Program-made: the position numbers and the translations under genes
Source of the DNA: Pseudobdellovibrionaceae bacterium
GTDB taxonomy: Bacteria > Bdellovibrionota > Bdellovibrionia > Bdellovibrionales > UBA1609
Direction of reading: 5' to 3'
NCBI GenBank assembly: GCA_030591685.1
Contig: JAUVAX010000003.1
Span: forward strand, 744 to 64,743
DNA length: 64,000 nucleotides
Part shown: positions 20,381 through 28,298 of the stretch, piece after piece
Layout: each line of letters begins with the position of its first letter
How positions within the stretch are numbered: position 1 is the stretch's first letter
Notes under the pieces: generated by a model
Database searches by the model: none
Told to the model about the DNA's origin: nothing
Seen by the model: only the letters and a program-made list of their open reading frames with translations

Positions 20381-20824
20381 ATGGGTGATTTGTTTTTCTT
20401 TTTAAAAATGATTTTAATGACTTTTTTGTTCGTCGTATTATCACAAATTAAAATTGGCGATCATACTTTAGAGGTTCGAGCTCAAAAGTTTTTAGCCACC
20501 TCCGCAATCATTGAGCCCCTTCAAGAAGTGGCTCATGGGGGTGTTTTAGCCCTGCGTGAGGCCTGGAAAATGGCCTCAGGGGTCGTGGGGAGCAAAATTA
20601 AAAGCAGCTTTCACAGCGACAATCTGCCCGGCAAAAGGCACCTAAATATACAGATTGAAAGGTCTAAGAGTTTTATAGATGACCAGTTAAAAAAGGTCCA
20701 AGCCTCTGGCAAGCAAGTTCAAAAAGCCGCCTTTGATGAGATTCAACAACAAAAAGGCCATCTTGAAGATGACCTTTTAGATGAACTTAAAAGTGAAGGC
20801 TTTAAAACTGAGGACGAATATTAA
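20381..20824 (+). CDS. Membrane-anchored protein, unknown function
   Basis: N-terminal TM (ILMTFLFVVLSQI). 4 nt after the receiver gene. Charged C-terminal region. Confidence 0.5.
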   Translation: MGDLFFFLKMILMTFLFVVLSQIKIGDHTLEVRAQKFLATSAIIEPLQEVAHGGVLALREAWKMASGVVGSKIKSSFHSDNLPGKRHLNIQIERSKSFIDDQLKKVQASGKQVQKAAFDEIQQQKGHLEDDLLDELKSEGFKTEDEY

Positions 20825-21030
20825 AGTTGCCCTTTAGCCCCTGAAGATTTCGCAGCTCTTCTGTGAGTTTTTCCGTTTGCTACAAACTCTACATATTCGG
20901 CCTTTCTGGCTTTATCTGCCGTGAGTCTTTGCCCGTTTTTATGCAAACATGAAGCGCTCTTCATATCGCCCTTTGCAAACGAAATTGACCCACAAAAGCT
21001 TATTGCTAATATTACCGCAAGTGTTTTCAT
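20821..21030 (-). CDS. Small secreted basic protein, unknown function
   Basis: AAGGAG Shine-Dalgarno 6 nt before the ATG. Signal peptide LAVILAISFCGSISFA. About 49-aa Lys/Arg-rich mature peptide. Confidence 0.6.
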   Translation of the reverse strand: MKTLAVILAISFCGSISFAKGDMKSASCLHKNGQRLTADKARKAEYVEFVANGKTHRRAAKSSGAKGQL

Positions 21031-21331
21031 AAATTACTCCTTAGTACTGTTTATATATTTAAATCATCTCTCACTTACTTATAGAGCATAGTTTATGCCG
21101 AACTCTTGCCCCCCTTGGCACGCCAAAGGCCAAGTCATTTTAGGTGGTTAGCTGTGTTTTTGGTTGTTTAATAGTGTCTCAATATAGGACGGTTCGCAAA
21201 ACGTCACCCATCTGACCATAATGGTGACATTGTGGGTGTTTATTTTAAGCCTATATTTACGCTCAAGTCCTTTAAAGTAGGGGCTCAGAGGGCCTACGGA
21301 GAAATGCATTGCAGTGCTGAAAGGTGATTTA

Positions 21332-21379
21332 TAACTTGAGGCCTAACTTGAGGCCTCACCTGAAGTGTCACCTGAGGCT
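21332..21379. repeat. Four tandem 12-bp units (TAACTTGAGGCC x2, TCACCTGAAGTG, TCACCTGAGGCT)
   Basis: Read directly from the sequence. The last unit overlaps the stop codon of the sigma-54 activator gene. Confidence 0.8.
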
Positions 21380-22925
21380 ATTTAGCGATTTTTCTTTTAT
21401 CTAGGTTGTACTTTTCAACCTTCATAATAAGCCCTGCGCGACTGATGCCGAGCTCTTTTGCGAGTTTTGACTTGTTCCACCCGGTACGCCTTAAGCCGTC
21501 TCGAATCATTTGGCGCTCTAACTCTTCAAGAGCATCTTTGAGCTTGCCGTGCATGCGCGCCCCTTGAACCTTGCCCTTTTCGCTAGCTTCTATTATTTTC
21601 CCTGAAAGCATTTCAGGGACTATTTTTGTCTCTGCCCCCGTTAGCACAACGAGACGTTCAATTTCGTTTTGTAGTTCACGAACATTCCCCGGCCAAGCGT
21701 AGTCATAAAGCTTCTCAAGGGCTCTTTTTGTAATGGTTTTTGCTATGTTGCCTTTGGCTGACTCTTGTAAAAAGAAATCACAAAGTAAGGGGATGTCCTC
21801 TTTACGCTCTTTTAACGAAGGGACCTGCACGTTAATAACATTAAGTCGATAGTAAAGATCCTCTCTAAAAGTACCTTGCTCTACCATCTCTTTTAAATTT
21901 CTATTTGTAGCGGCAATAACTCTAACATTAGAGTGTCTAATTTCAGTTGACCCTACGGGGGTAAAAGTCCCCTCTTGTAAGGCCCTTAAAAGCTTAACCT
22001 GCATGGCGGGGGAGGTGTCCCCGATTTCATCTAAAAAGAAGGTCCCCTTATCGGCCATTTGAAACAAACCAAGTTTATCTTTAATGGCCCCGGTAAAAGA
22101 GCCCTTCATGTGGCCAAAAAGCTCTGACTCTAGAAGGTTATCATTAAACGCTGAGCAGTTTTGTATAATAAACGGCTTGTCTTTTCTCAATGAATTATAA
22201 TGTATGGCTTTTGCGATGAGCTCTTTACCCGTACCGTTTTCACCTTGAATTAAAATCGTCGAATCAGCAGCCCTTAATTTATCTAACAAGTTATATAGGT
22301 CTTGCATGGGCTTAGACTTACCGATCATGTTGTCGTATTTGTAGCGGCTCCCGAGCTCTTTATTAAGTTCTTTAATGCGGCTTTCTCTAGAGGAGATTTC
22401 AACATGTAACGTCACAACCTCTTCGGCAACAAGTGAAACCAGGTCTGTAAAATGTTGCCTGTCTGCATCGTCAATGTATTTCATTTTTGCAATAGATTGT
22501 TCAATTATATCATTACTGGCACCGAACACAGCGAGGCGCTCTCGAATATCGGCGAGCCTGTTGGGCTGGTTATCTTTTAAAAACCCAAGGGCTATAACTG
22601 TGCCCATAAAATCATTATCAATAACTATAGGGGTGATCGTCATGTCATAACCGGTAGCATCCCATTTACGAACACTATAGTTGCTTTCAGAGTGTCTTAA
22701 TTCGTCAACGGCCTGCCCTGCAATTTCGTGCAATGACTCGCGCATGGACTCTTTTTCTAAAAAAACATGTGTAGATGGGTTATAAAATTTTGTTTTACTG
22801 GGCTCGTAGCCCTTAAGCTTGCCCTGTTCGTCTGTAAAAATAATATCAACATTCCACCAAGAGCCTAAAACTTCTTTTAGTTTCTTGATCACGTGTATAT
22901 GCTCAAACTCTTCCCAGTTAATCAC
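21378..22925 (-). CDS. Sigma-54-dependent transcriptional activator (bacterial enhancer-binding protein) with non-receiver N-terminal sensor domain
   Basis: Walker A GENGTGKE, GSFTGA (GAFTGA variant), Walker B FFLDEIGD, C-terminal Fis-type HTH LAKELGISRAGLIMKV. I moved the start to GTG 22925 (AAGGGGA plus 6 nt). The track start at 23024 is a TTG without a Shine-Dalgarno. Confidence 0.85.
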   Translation of the reverse strand: MINWEEFEHIHVIKKLKEVLGSWWNVDIIFTDEQGKLKGYEPSKTKFYNPSTHVFLEKESMRESLHEIAGQAVDELRHSESNYSVRKWDATGYDMTITPIVIDNDFMGTVIALGFLKDNQPNRLADIRERLAVFGASNDIIEQSIAKMKYIDDADRQHFTDLVSLVAEEVVTLHVEISSRESRIKELNKELGSRYKYDNMIGKSKPMQDLYNLLDKLRAADSTILIQGENGTGKELIAKAIHYNSLRKDKPFIIQNCSAFNDNLLESELFGHMKGSFTGAIKDKLGLFQMADKGTFFLDEIGDTSPAMQVKLLRALQEGTFTPVGSTEIRHSNVRVIAATNRNLKEMVEQGTFREDLYYRLNVINVQVPSLKERKEDIPLLCDFFLQESAKGNIAKTITKRALEKLYDYAWPGNVRELQNEIERLVVLTGAETKIVPEMLSGKIIEASEKGKVQGARMHGKLKDALEELERQMIRDGLRRTGWNKSKLAKELGISRAGLIMKVEKYNLDKRKIAK

Positions 22926-23181
22926 GCCCGGTCCCCTTAGTCTTGGCCCTTTTGGCCCATTTACTAAAGGGCTTATCGTCAAAAATTTAGACAACTTTAA
23001 GACTGTACATAATAAATTAGACAATTATTTTTGATTTTGATTTTTTTTGAGTCATAACTCATCAGGCTTCGCCTCACTCTGAGATCATGAACAAAAAGCA
23101 AAGTGCACAGGAGGGTTTTATGCTCGTGGACTCGGTGGGCCGCAAGGCGGCCCACTCAAAAATTTTTTTGCTTTGAATCTC

Positions 23182-24018
23182 TTATTGAGCCACTTTGTGA
23201 GTGTCGTTTGAACCTGTGGACCCTGGGGAGCTGGCGGCCCTAACTTTAGCCGCTTGCCTTTTAGCAAGCACGTTGTGCTGCCCGCGCGGTATTTGACCAA
23301 AAACAAGTTTAATACTTGATACATCAAAAGCAAAACCTTTAGTCGCCTGCACGGGGGTTGGCACAAGCTGTGTTTGAATTTTTTGTACCGGGGACTCTGT
23401 AATAAGTATTTCACCTGTTTTTGTTAAGTTACTAATATACTTTAAGCCTTTAAATTCATTAAGAACCCTGAGTATGCCCTTGCCCTCAAACCCTGGTTGT
23501 TCTTTTATGTAGGCTTGACCGGAGTGAACTTCGGCGTCCTCTTCGCTAATGGCCTTAAAGCTAAATTTTTTACCCGGCGTCAACCCATGTTGCAACATTA
23601 AGAACACTTGAAAAGTACTTAAAAATACCCCCTTAGGGATATTACGGGCCACCTGAGAGTTTGTTTTGCCGTCACTAATGACGGCCGACATTTTCAAGCC
23701 TGACTTTGTTTTTGTAAACTTAGCGTCTATGGTTTTAATTTTTTTATTCATTTTTGAGGTGTGTTGATAACTGATGGGTTTAAACTGTTGATCGGCCACC
23801 GCCACTAAGCTCTCTACTAAGTTACCAGCCTGAGCATTGCCCCGAATATAGCTTTTAGATATAAAGTGCTTTTTTTTATTATCATACTCATAACTTAAAA
23901 TGACATACCCAATGGGCTTGTTTGAGGCCAAGAGCCTATAGTAGCCATCAAAAATAATATCATTTTTAGCCTGAGCGGTGGCTGTGGCTAGGATTATTAA
24001 AAAAATTATAAATTTCAT
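23182..24018 (-). CDS. Secreted protein, unknown function
   Basis: Signal peptide FIIFLIILATATAQA. No recognised domain. Confidence 0.6.
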   Translation of the reverse strand: MKFIIFLIILATATAQAKNDIIFDGYYRLLASNKPIGYVILSYEYDNKKKHFISKSYIRGNAQAGNLVESLVAVADQQFKPISYQHTSKMNKKIKTIDAKFTKTKSGLKMSAVISDGKTNSQVARNIPKGVFLSTFQVFLMLQHGLTPGKKFSFKAISEEDAEVHSGQAYIKEQPGFEGKGILRVLNEFKGLKYISNLTKTGEILITESPVQKIQTQLVPTPVQATKGFAFDVSSIKLVFGQIPRGQHNVLAKRQAAKVRAASSPGSTGSNDTHKVAQ

Positions 24019-24581
24019 GTTGGTCCTTTTAAATAGGCATTATTTAAGCCAGGTTTTATTTTCTTATTTTTACCTCTAAAATTCAAAGCCTTACTGCAAA
24101 GAGGGGCTAAACCTTGCGGTTTATCTAGTCGGTTTGATGGCGCTGAGTTTATACCTCGACTTATAGCAAGGCCGCCGGGCACTACTTATAATTTTTGACG
24201 AGCTAAAACCCTTAACTATTTTTTAAGGTGTCTGGTTTATTAAGGGCCCAGTAACATTGTTTAAAAAATAATCGTTATTTTTTTGTTTTAAAGGCCGCCG
24301 CGAAAACTTATTTTTAACGCCTCTGGATTTAATAGATTTATGGATTTAAGACTTCTCGCCCCCCCTCGCTTAATTAACTATTTATTTTAAATGAGCCTCC
24401 GGCCTTAGCCCTAAATAGGCTGAAGGCTTTATTAAAAAAACACGCGCTCCTTTGAGATTAAAAATATTGGCCCCTGGCTATGAGATAATTTGTCAACTCA
24501 CCCTATTAATGCTTTACTATTTAAGTTAGACGGCCATTATTAATTGACTTAAATGGACGTGTTCAAATAAAAGGATTTATT

Positions 24582-26576
24582 TTGATTGGCGCACCCACAA
24601 ATTTAAAAAACCAAAAAGGTCAGGTGGCCATTTTTGTCGCTTTGATTTTTCAGGTGTTATTTGTTTTATTTGCCATGGTTATAAATGTTGGGCTTATTGT
24701 TCATGATAAAATTAACTTACAAAACTCGGTCGACTTAGCGGCTTACTATGCGGCTCAAAAACAAGCCCAGTGGTTAAATGTGATCGCCCATGAAAACTAT
24801 CAAATTCGCCAAGCCTGGAAGCTTTTGGCTTTTCGTATTCGAGTTATTGGGGCTGCGGGGCTTTCGCAGCCTTACAAGCACCCCGCTTACGGGAGCACAA
24901 CGTTAGGCCATGATATCGCGCTCCCTGGATCTCTCGGCAACAACCCAACGGTCTGTACTTGGTATGAATTTACTTGGACAGGCGCCCCAAATGATGATGC
25001 GTTTTGCAAAAATAGAGTCTTTAGCATTCAAGCGCCCCCAAAAAGTTTTAAAATTATAGCCCCGTGGTCGCCCGGAATTGCCGGCTCAAAATCAGTGACT
25101 GAAAAGTTTAGCGAAGCCTTTAAAGCTCACTGTAGTAACCTCGGTGGGCGCAACTGGCTTTTTGCTGCTAAAATAGCTTATGGCTTTCGTATTGATCAAC
25201 ACAACAGGGTTCTTACCATAAATGCCATAAAGGGCCTTTTAGCTAACAGTACTGACTTTATTGACCTCAACGGGGACTCTGTAAAGCTCGGGGCTCGAAA
25301 GACACTTTTTAAAAACCTGACCGCTTCAAATAGAGGCTCTGGGTCAATGGATGAATTGAATTTTGAAATGTATAACTCCTTGGGGCACACGGGGGCAGCA
25401 GGCAAGCTTTTGGCCGCTTACAAGATAACACCCTCTGTTTTATATTCTGATCTATTATTAATCAATGACGTCTGCCAGACAGTCATAAGGTATATTGCCA
25501 CACTCCCCTCGAAACCAGATGCGATTAAGTTTATAAACGACAACACAACACCCCTTGCCCTTGCAAACTTAAAAGCTTACGCAGCGGGCGAGCCCTCTAT
25601 TGATAATGATTTACACAACTCTCTAGGGTTTGAAAAAAACCCCTGGGTGATGGCTTATGTGGGGGTAAAGGCTCAAACTACCCCGCGGCAAGTCTTCGCA
25701 CCCTTTGGCGCCGTAACCCTAAAGGCGAGGGCCTTTGCTAAGCCCTTTGGGGGTCGAATCGGGCCATGGGTTAACTCTCAGTGGCCTAGTGGTTCGGAGC
25801 GGTCTCAAGGGGGCACACTTTTAGACCCACTTTTGCCCGATCGAGATCTTAGTCATGTTGAGTTTTCTGAAAAACCCAATAGTCGACCCAACTATTCAAG
25901 GTTTCCGGGGGATACCTTAGGGCTCAGGTCACAACTTGCTTTAAGTGCCTTGAAGGGCTTTTATACCGATGCATCCGTCCACATCAAAGACTATAGTGAG
26001 GTTGGAGATGATTTTTTCACCGGAGGCCCCAATGATGTTTTAGCTTATAATGGCGTCGAAACCAGTGTGCGACCTTTTGAAATTGCGGCTCTTGCGCCTG
26101 ATTTATTTGATATTTCGTATTATTCGATCATGCCCCATTTTTCTACTACAACGCTGCCTAAACTAAATGTCCTACAGCAAAATGGTCAATTACCTGGGGA
26201 CCTCCCACTAAGAGGGGACTTAGGCTCTCGAGGCGGAAATAAGGACACCGTGTATAATGTTGATCAACAAGTCCGCTTTGCCTTAGGTAAAATTATGGAC
26301 GGAGTTTATTATTACGTAAAAGATGAGGCTCACCTTTTAACTAGTTGGGCGCCTAATAATTTTAACGACTACTCCTTTCCGGATCAGTACTTTGGAAAGT
26401 GTTCAAAATACGACCACGATTATAAAGAGCATAATACCCCTAATGGCTGCATTAAAGGGGGGCGCACAGGGTACTCTGTTAAGTTCGTTTCACGAGATTA
26501 TTTATTGAGAGAACTCATGCTTGGGGGGCCCGGACAGTCTGGAGGCATTTTAAACCCTCCGCCTGATGGTTTTTAA
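24582..26576 (+). CDS. TadG/TadE-like (Flp pilus-assembly, pseudopilin-type N-terminus) large protein
   Basis: N-terminus KGQVAIFVALIFQVLFVLFAMVINVGLIVHDKINLQNSVDLAAYYAA matches the Tad-like N-terminal membrane segment. TTG start after AAGGA. Confidence 0.6.
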   Translation: MIGAPTNLKNQKGQVAIFVALIFQVLFVLFAMVINVGLIVHDKINLQNSVDLAAYYAAQKQAQWLNVIAHENYQIRQAWKLLAFRIRVIGAAGLSQPYKHPAYGSTTLGHDIALPGSLGNNPTVCTWYEFTWTGAPNDDAFCKNRVFSIQAPPKSFKIIAPWSPGIAGSKSVTEKFSEAFKAHCSNLGGRNWLFAAKIAYGFRIDQHNRVLTINAIKGLLANSTDFIDLNGDSVKLGARKTLFKNLTASNRGSGSMDELNFEMYNSLGHTGAAGKLLAAYKITPSVLYSDLLLINDVCQTVIRYIATLPSKPDAIKFINDNTTPLALANLKAYAAGEPSIDNDLHNSLGFEKNPWVMAYVGVKAQTTPRQVFAPFGAVTLKARAFAKPFGGRIGPWVNSQWPSGSERSQGGTLLDPLLPDRDLSHVEFSEKPNSRPNYSRFPGDTLGLRSQLALSALKGFYTDASVHIKDYSEVGDDFFTGGPNDVLAYNGVETSVRPFEIAALAPDLFDISYYSIMPHFSTTTLPKLNVLQQNGQLPGDLPLRGDLGSRGGNKDTVYNVDQQVRFALGKIMDGVYYYVKDEAHLLTSWAPNNFNDYSFPDQYFGKCSKYDHDYKEHNTPNGCIKGGRTGYSVKFVSRDYLLRELMLGGPGQSGGILNPPPDGF

Positions 26577-26806
26577 TTCTCTTTAGCACTTGTCACACAC
26601 CCTCTTCACATAAAAAACTTTAAAGCGTGATTTTATGAACTCTTTGTAGCAAGCCGGCATCTCTGATTACCTTTAACCTGTTTGAGCACATCATAGGTCA
26701 ATATTTTAAAACCAGCCTTGAGGCTGACAAATTATATTACCATTGAAGGTTTTTTTTAAAAATGCGACACTACTCTCTCATGTGCGCTATGCGGGAGTTG
26801 TTAATT

Positions 26807-27913
26807 ATGATGAGTAAAGTGGGGCAGTTATTTTTTATTGGCATTCAAGGCACCGATCTCTCAGATCAAGAGGTTGATTTTATTGTTACAAATAATATTG
26901 GTGGTGTTGTTTTATTTGATCGCAATATAGAGTCGCCAGAACAACTCTTTAGGCTCTGTACCGAGATACAATCATTACAAGAAAGAATGGTCGAAAAGCT
27001 CCCCCTTTTTATTGGCATCGACATGGAGGGTGGGCGCGTTCATCGCCTCAAGCCCCCTTTTACCCAGTGGCCTGCACTAAAAATGGTGGGCGACTTAGAC
27101 TCAACAACACTGGCCTTTAAATTTGCTCAAGCCATGGGTCGAGAGCTTTCAGCCATAGGGATTAATTTAGATTTTGCCCCCTGTGTAGATATTAACACTA
27201 ACCCCAAAAACCCTGTCATTGGCGACAGGGCCCTTGGCGACACGGAGGCTCTTGTCAGCAAGCTCTCCTCGGCACTTGTTCGCGGGTATATAAAATCTGG
27301 CCTTATCACTTGTGCTAAGCACTTCCCGGGTCACGGCAACACCGGCGTTGACAGCCACCTTGAACTGCCCGTTGAGGAGTTAACTCTTGAAGAGCTCAAC
27401 AAACGAGAGCTTTTGCCCTTTAAAAAAATATTTCGTGCCCGCTTAGACCTCGTAATGACGGGGCATTTGATGTTTAAAAACATTGACCCCGACAACCCTG
27501 TTACCTTTTCGAAAACTTTTTTAAAAAAAATACTGCGAGACGAGATTCATTACCAGGGGCTTGTTATTTCAGACGACCTTGATATGAAGGCCCTTGCCAG
27601 CCACCACAGTGCCGAAGAAATACCAGTAAAAGCCCTACTTGCCGGATGCGACTTGCTCTTGTACTGCAATGAGTTTGAGAAACCCCCCATTGCAATAGCT
27701 GCTGTTGAGAGGGCCCTTAAAGACCACACGCTTTCAATGGCGCAAATCGACAGTTCTTATCAAAAAATTATAAAACTTAAAAGTACTCGGCTTACAAACA
27801 GACCTGTTACAAATTTTACCGATGCCATGAAAGTTATAGGCTGCGAAGAGCATTTAAAACTATCTAAAGATATCCAAGAGGGTCAATTACCTGAAAATTT
27901 AAAGAGCACCTAG
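26807..27913 (+). CDS. nagZ: Beta-N-acetylhexosaminidase NagZ (GH3)
   Basis: KHFPGHG, VISDDLDM and IGIDMEGG motifs. The ATG at 26807 follows GGGAG. The ORF-track start at 26762 adds 15 unlikely residues. Confidence 0.85.
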   Translation: MMSKVGQLFFIGIQGTDLSDQEVDFIVTNNIGGVVLFDRNIESPEQLFRLCTEIQSLQERMVEKLPLFIGIDMEGGRVHRLKPPFTQWPALKMVGDLDSTTLAFKFAQAMGRELSAIGINLDFAPCVDINTNPKNPVIGDRALGDTEALVSKLSSALVRGYIKSGLITCAKHFPGHGNTGVDSHLELPVEELTLEELNKRELLPFKKIFRARLDLVMTGHLMFKNIDPDNPVTFSKTFLKKILRDEIHYQGLVISDDLDMKALASHHSAEEIPVKALLAGCDLLLYCNEFEKPPIAIAAVERALKDHTLSMAQIDSSYQKIIKLKSTRLTNRPVTNFTDAMKVIGCEEHLKLSKDIQEGQLPENLKST

Positions 27914-27924
27914 GTGCTCTTTTA
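27901..27924. terminator. Bidirectional hairpin between nagZ and the convergent small ORF
   Basis: Perfect inverted repeat AAAGAGCACC-TA-GGTGCTCTTT flanked by A/T runs. The nagZ stop codon lies in the loop. Confidence 0.55.
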
Positions 27925-27953
27925 AAAAATACATGCTTTATTAAATTAAAAAG

Positions 27954-28088
27954 TTAGTCTTCGTCGCCAAAAAGAACCGCTTTAGAAAGAGTGGTTCCTT
28001 TTTCACGAAGTGCACCTTTTCGTCGAGTGCCTTGGCCCGATAACTTAGCTTTACGAATTTTTTTAGTTCTTTTTGTTGGTGATGCCAC
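27954..28088 (-). CDS. 44-aa highly basic protein, not in the ORF track
   Basis: GTG start 6 nt after AAGGAG. Translation is MASPTKRTKKIRKAKLSGQGTRRKGALREKGTTLSKAVLFGDED. A terminator hairpin lies downstream and a 7-bp stem-loop sits in the leader (28119-28138). Confidence 0.55.
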   Translation of the reverse strand: MASPTKRTKKIRKAKLSGQGTRRKGALREKGTTLSKAVLFGDED

Positions 28089-28298
28089 AGCTCACTCCTT
28101 ACCTACAGGTCATTCAAAGACCTTTCGTACCAAAGGTCATACCCTGAGTCAACGAAGTGGGCTCAAAGAGCGGTCTATTAATGGGCAGTTGACGGCGTAA
28201 TGCGCCCTGCGTCTATTCTGGTTGCCCCCCCACAAAGCGGCTCCTGGGGTTAAAACGTCTGGCCGCCCCAGTAGAGTTGTGTAACACTGAGGGTTCTT

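Noticed and set aside
20821-20824. Convergent genes sharing overlapping stop codons (TTAA)
   Set aside because: It is real in the sequence but a trivial consequence of tight packing. Similar 1-2-nt convergent junctions occur at 29420/29422 and 48622/48625.
21332-21379. Possible CRISPR-like array
   Set aside because: The units are only 12 bp, directly adjacent with no spacers, and no cas genes are present. This is a simple tandem repeat.
22926-23024. N-terminal 33 codons of the sigma-54 activator as given by the ORF track
   Set aside because: That start is a TTG preceded by AAATAATT, with no ribosome-binding site. The in-frame GTG at 22925 has AAGGGGA at the ideal distance. I treat the stretch as 5' leader or promoter.
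23118-23414. 98-aa minus-strand ORF
   Set aside because: It overlaps the 3' end of the signal-peptide protein 23182-24018 in another frame and runs through a GC-rich hairpin. The Pro/Gly/Lys-rich translation looks non-coding.
27991-28200. 69-aa plus-strand ORF from the ORF track
   Set aside because: It has no Shine-Dalgarno and an odd Arg/Ser/Pro-rich composition. It is the antisense shadow of a better-supported 44-aa minus-strand ORF with AAGGAG-6nt-GTG and a terminator.
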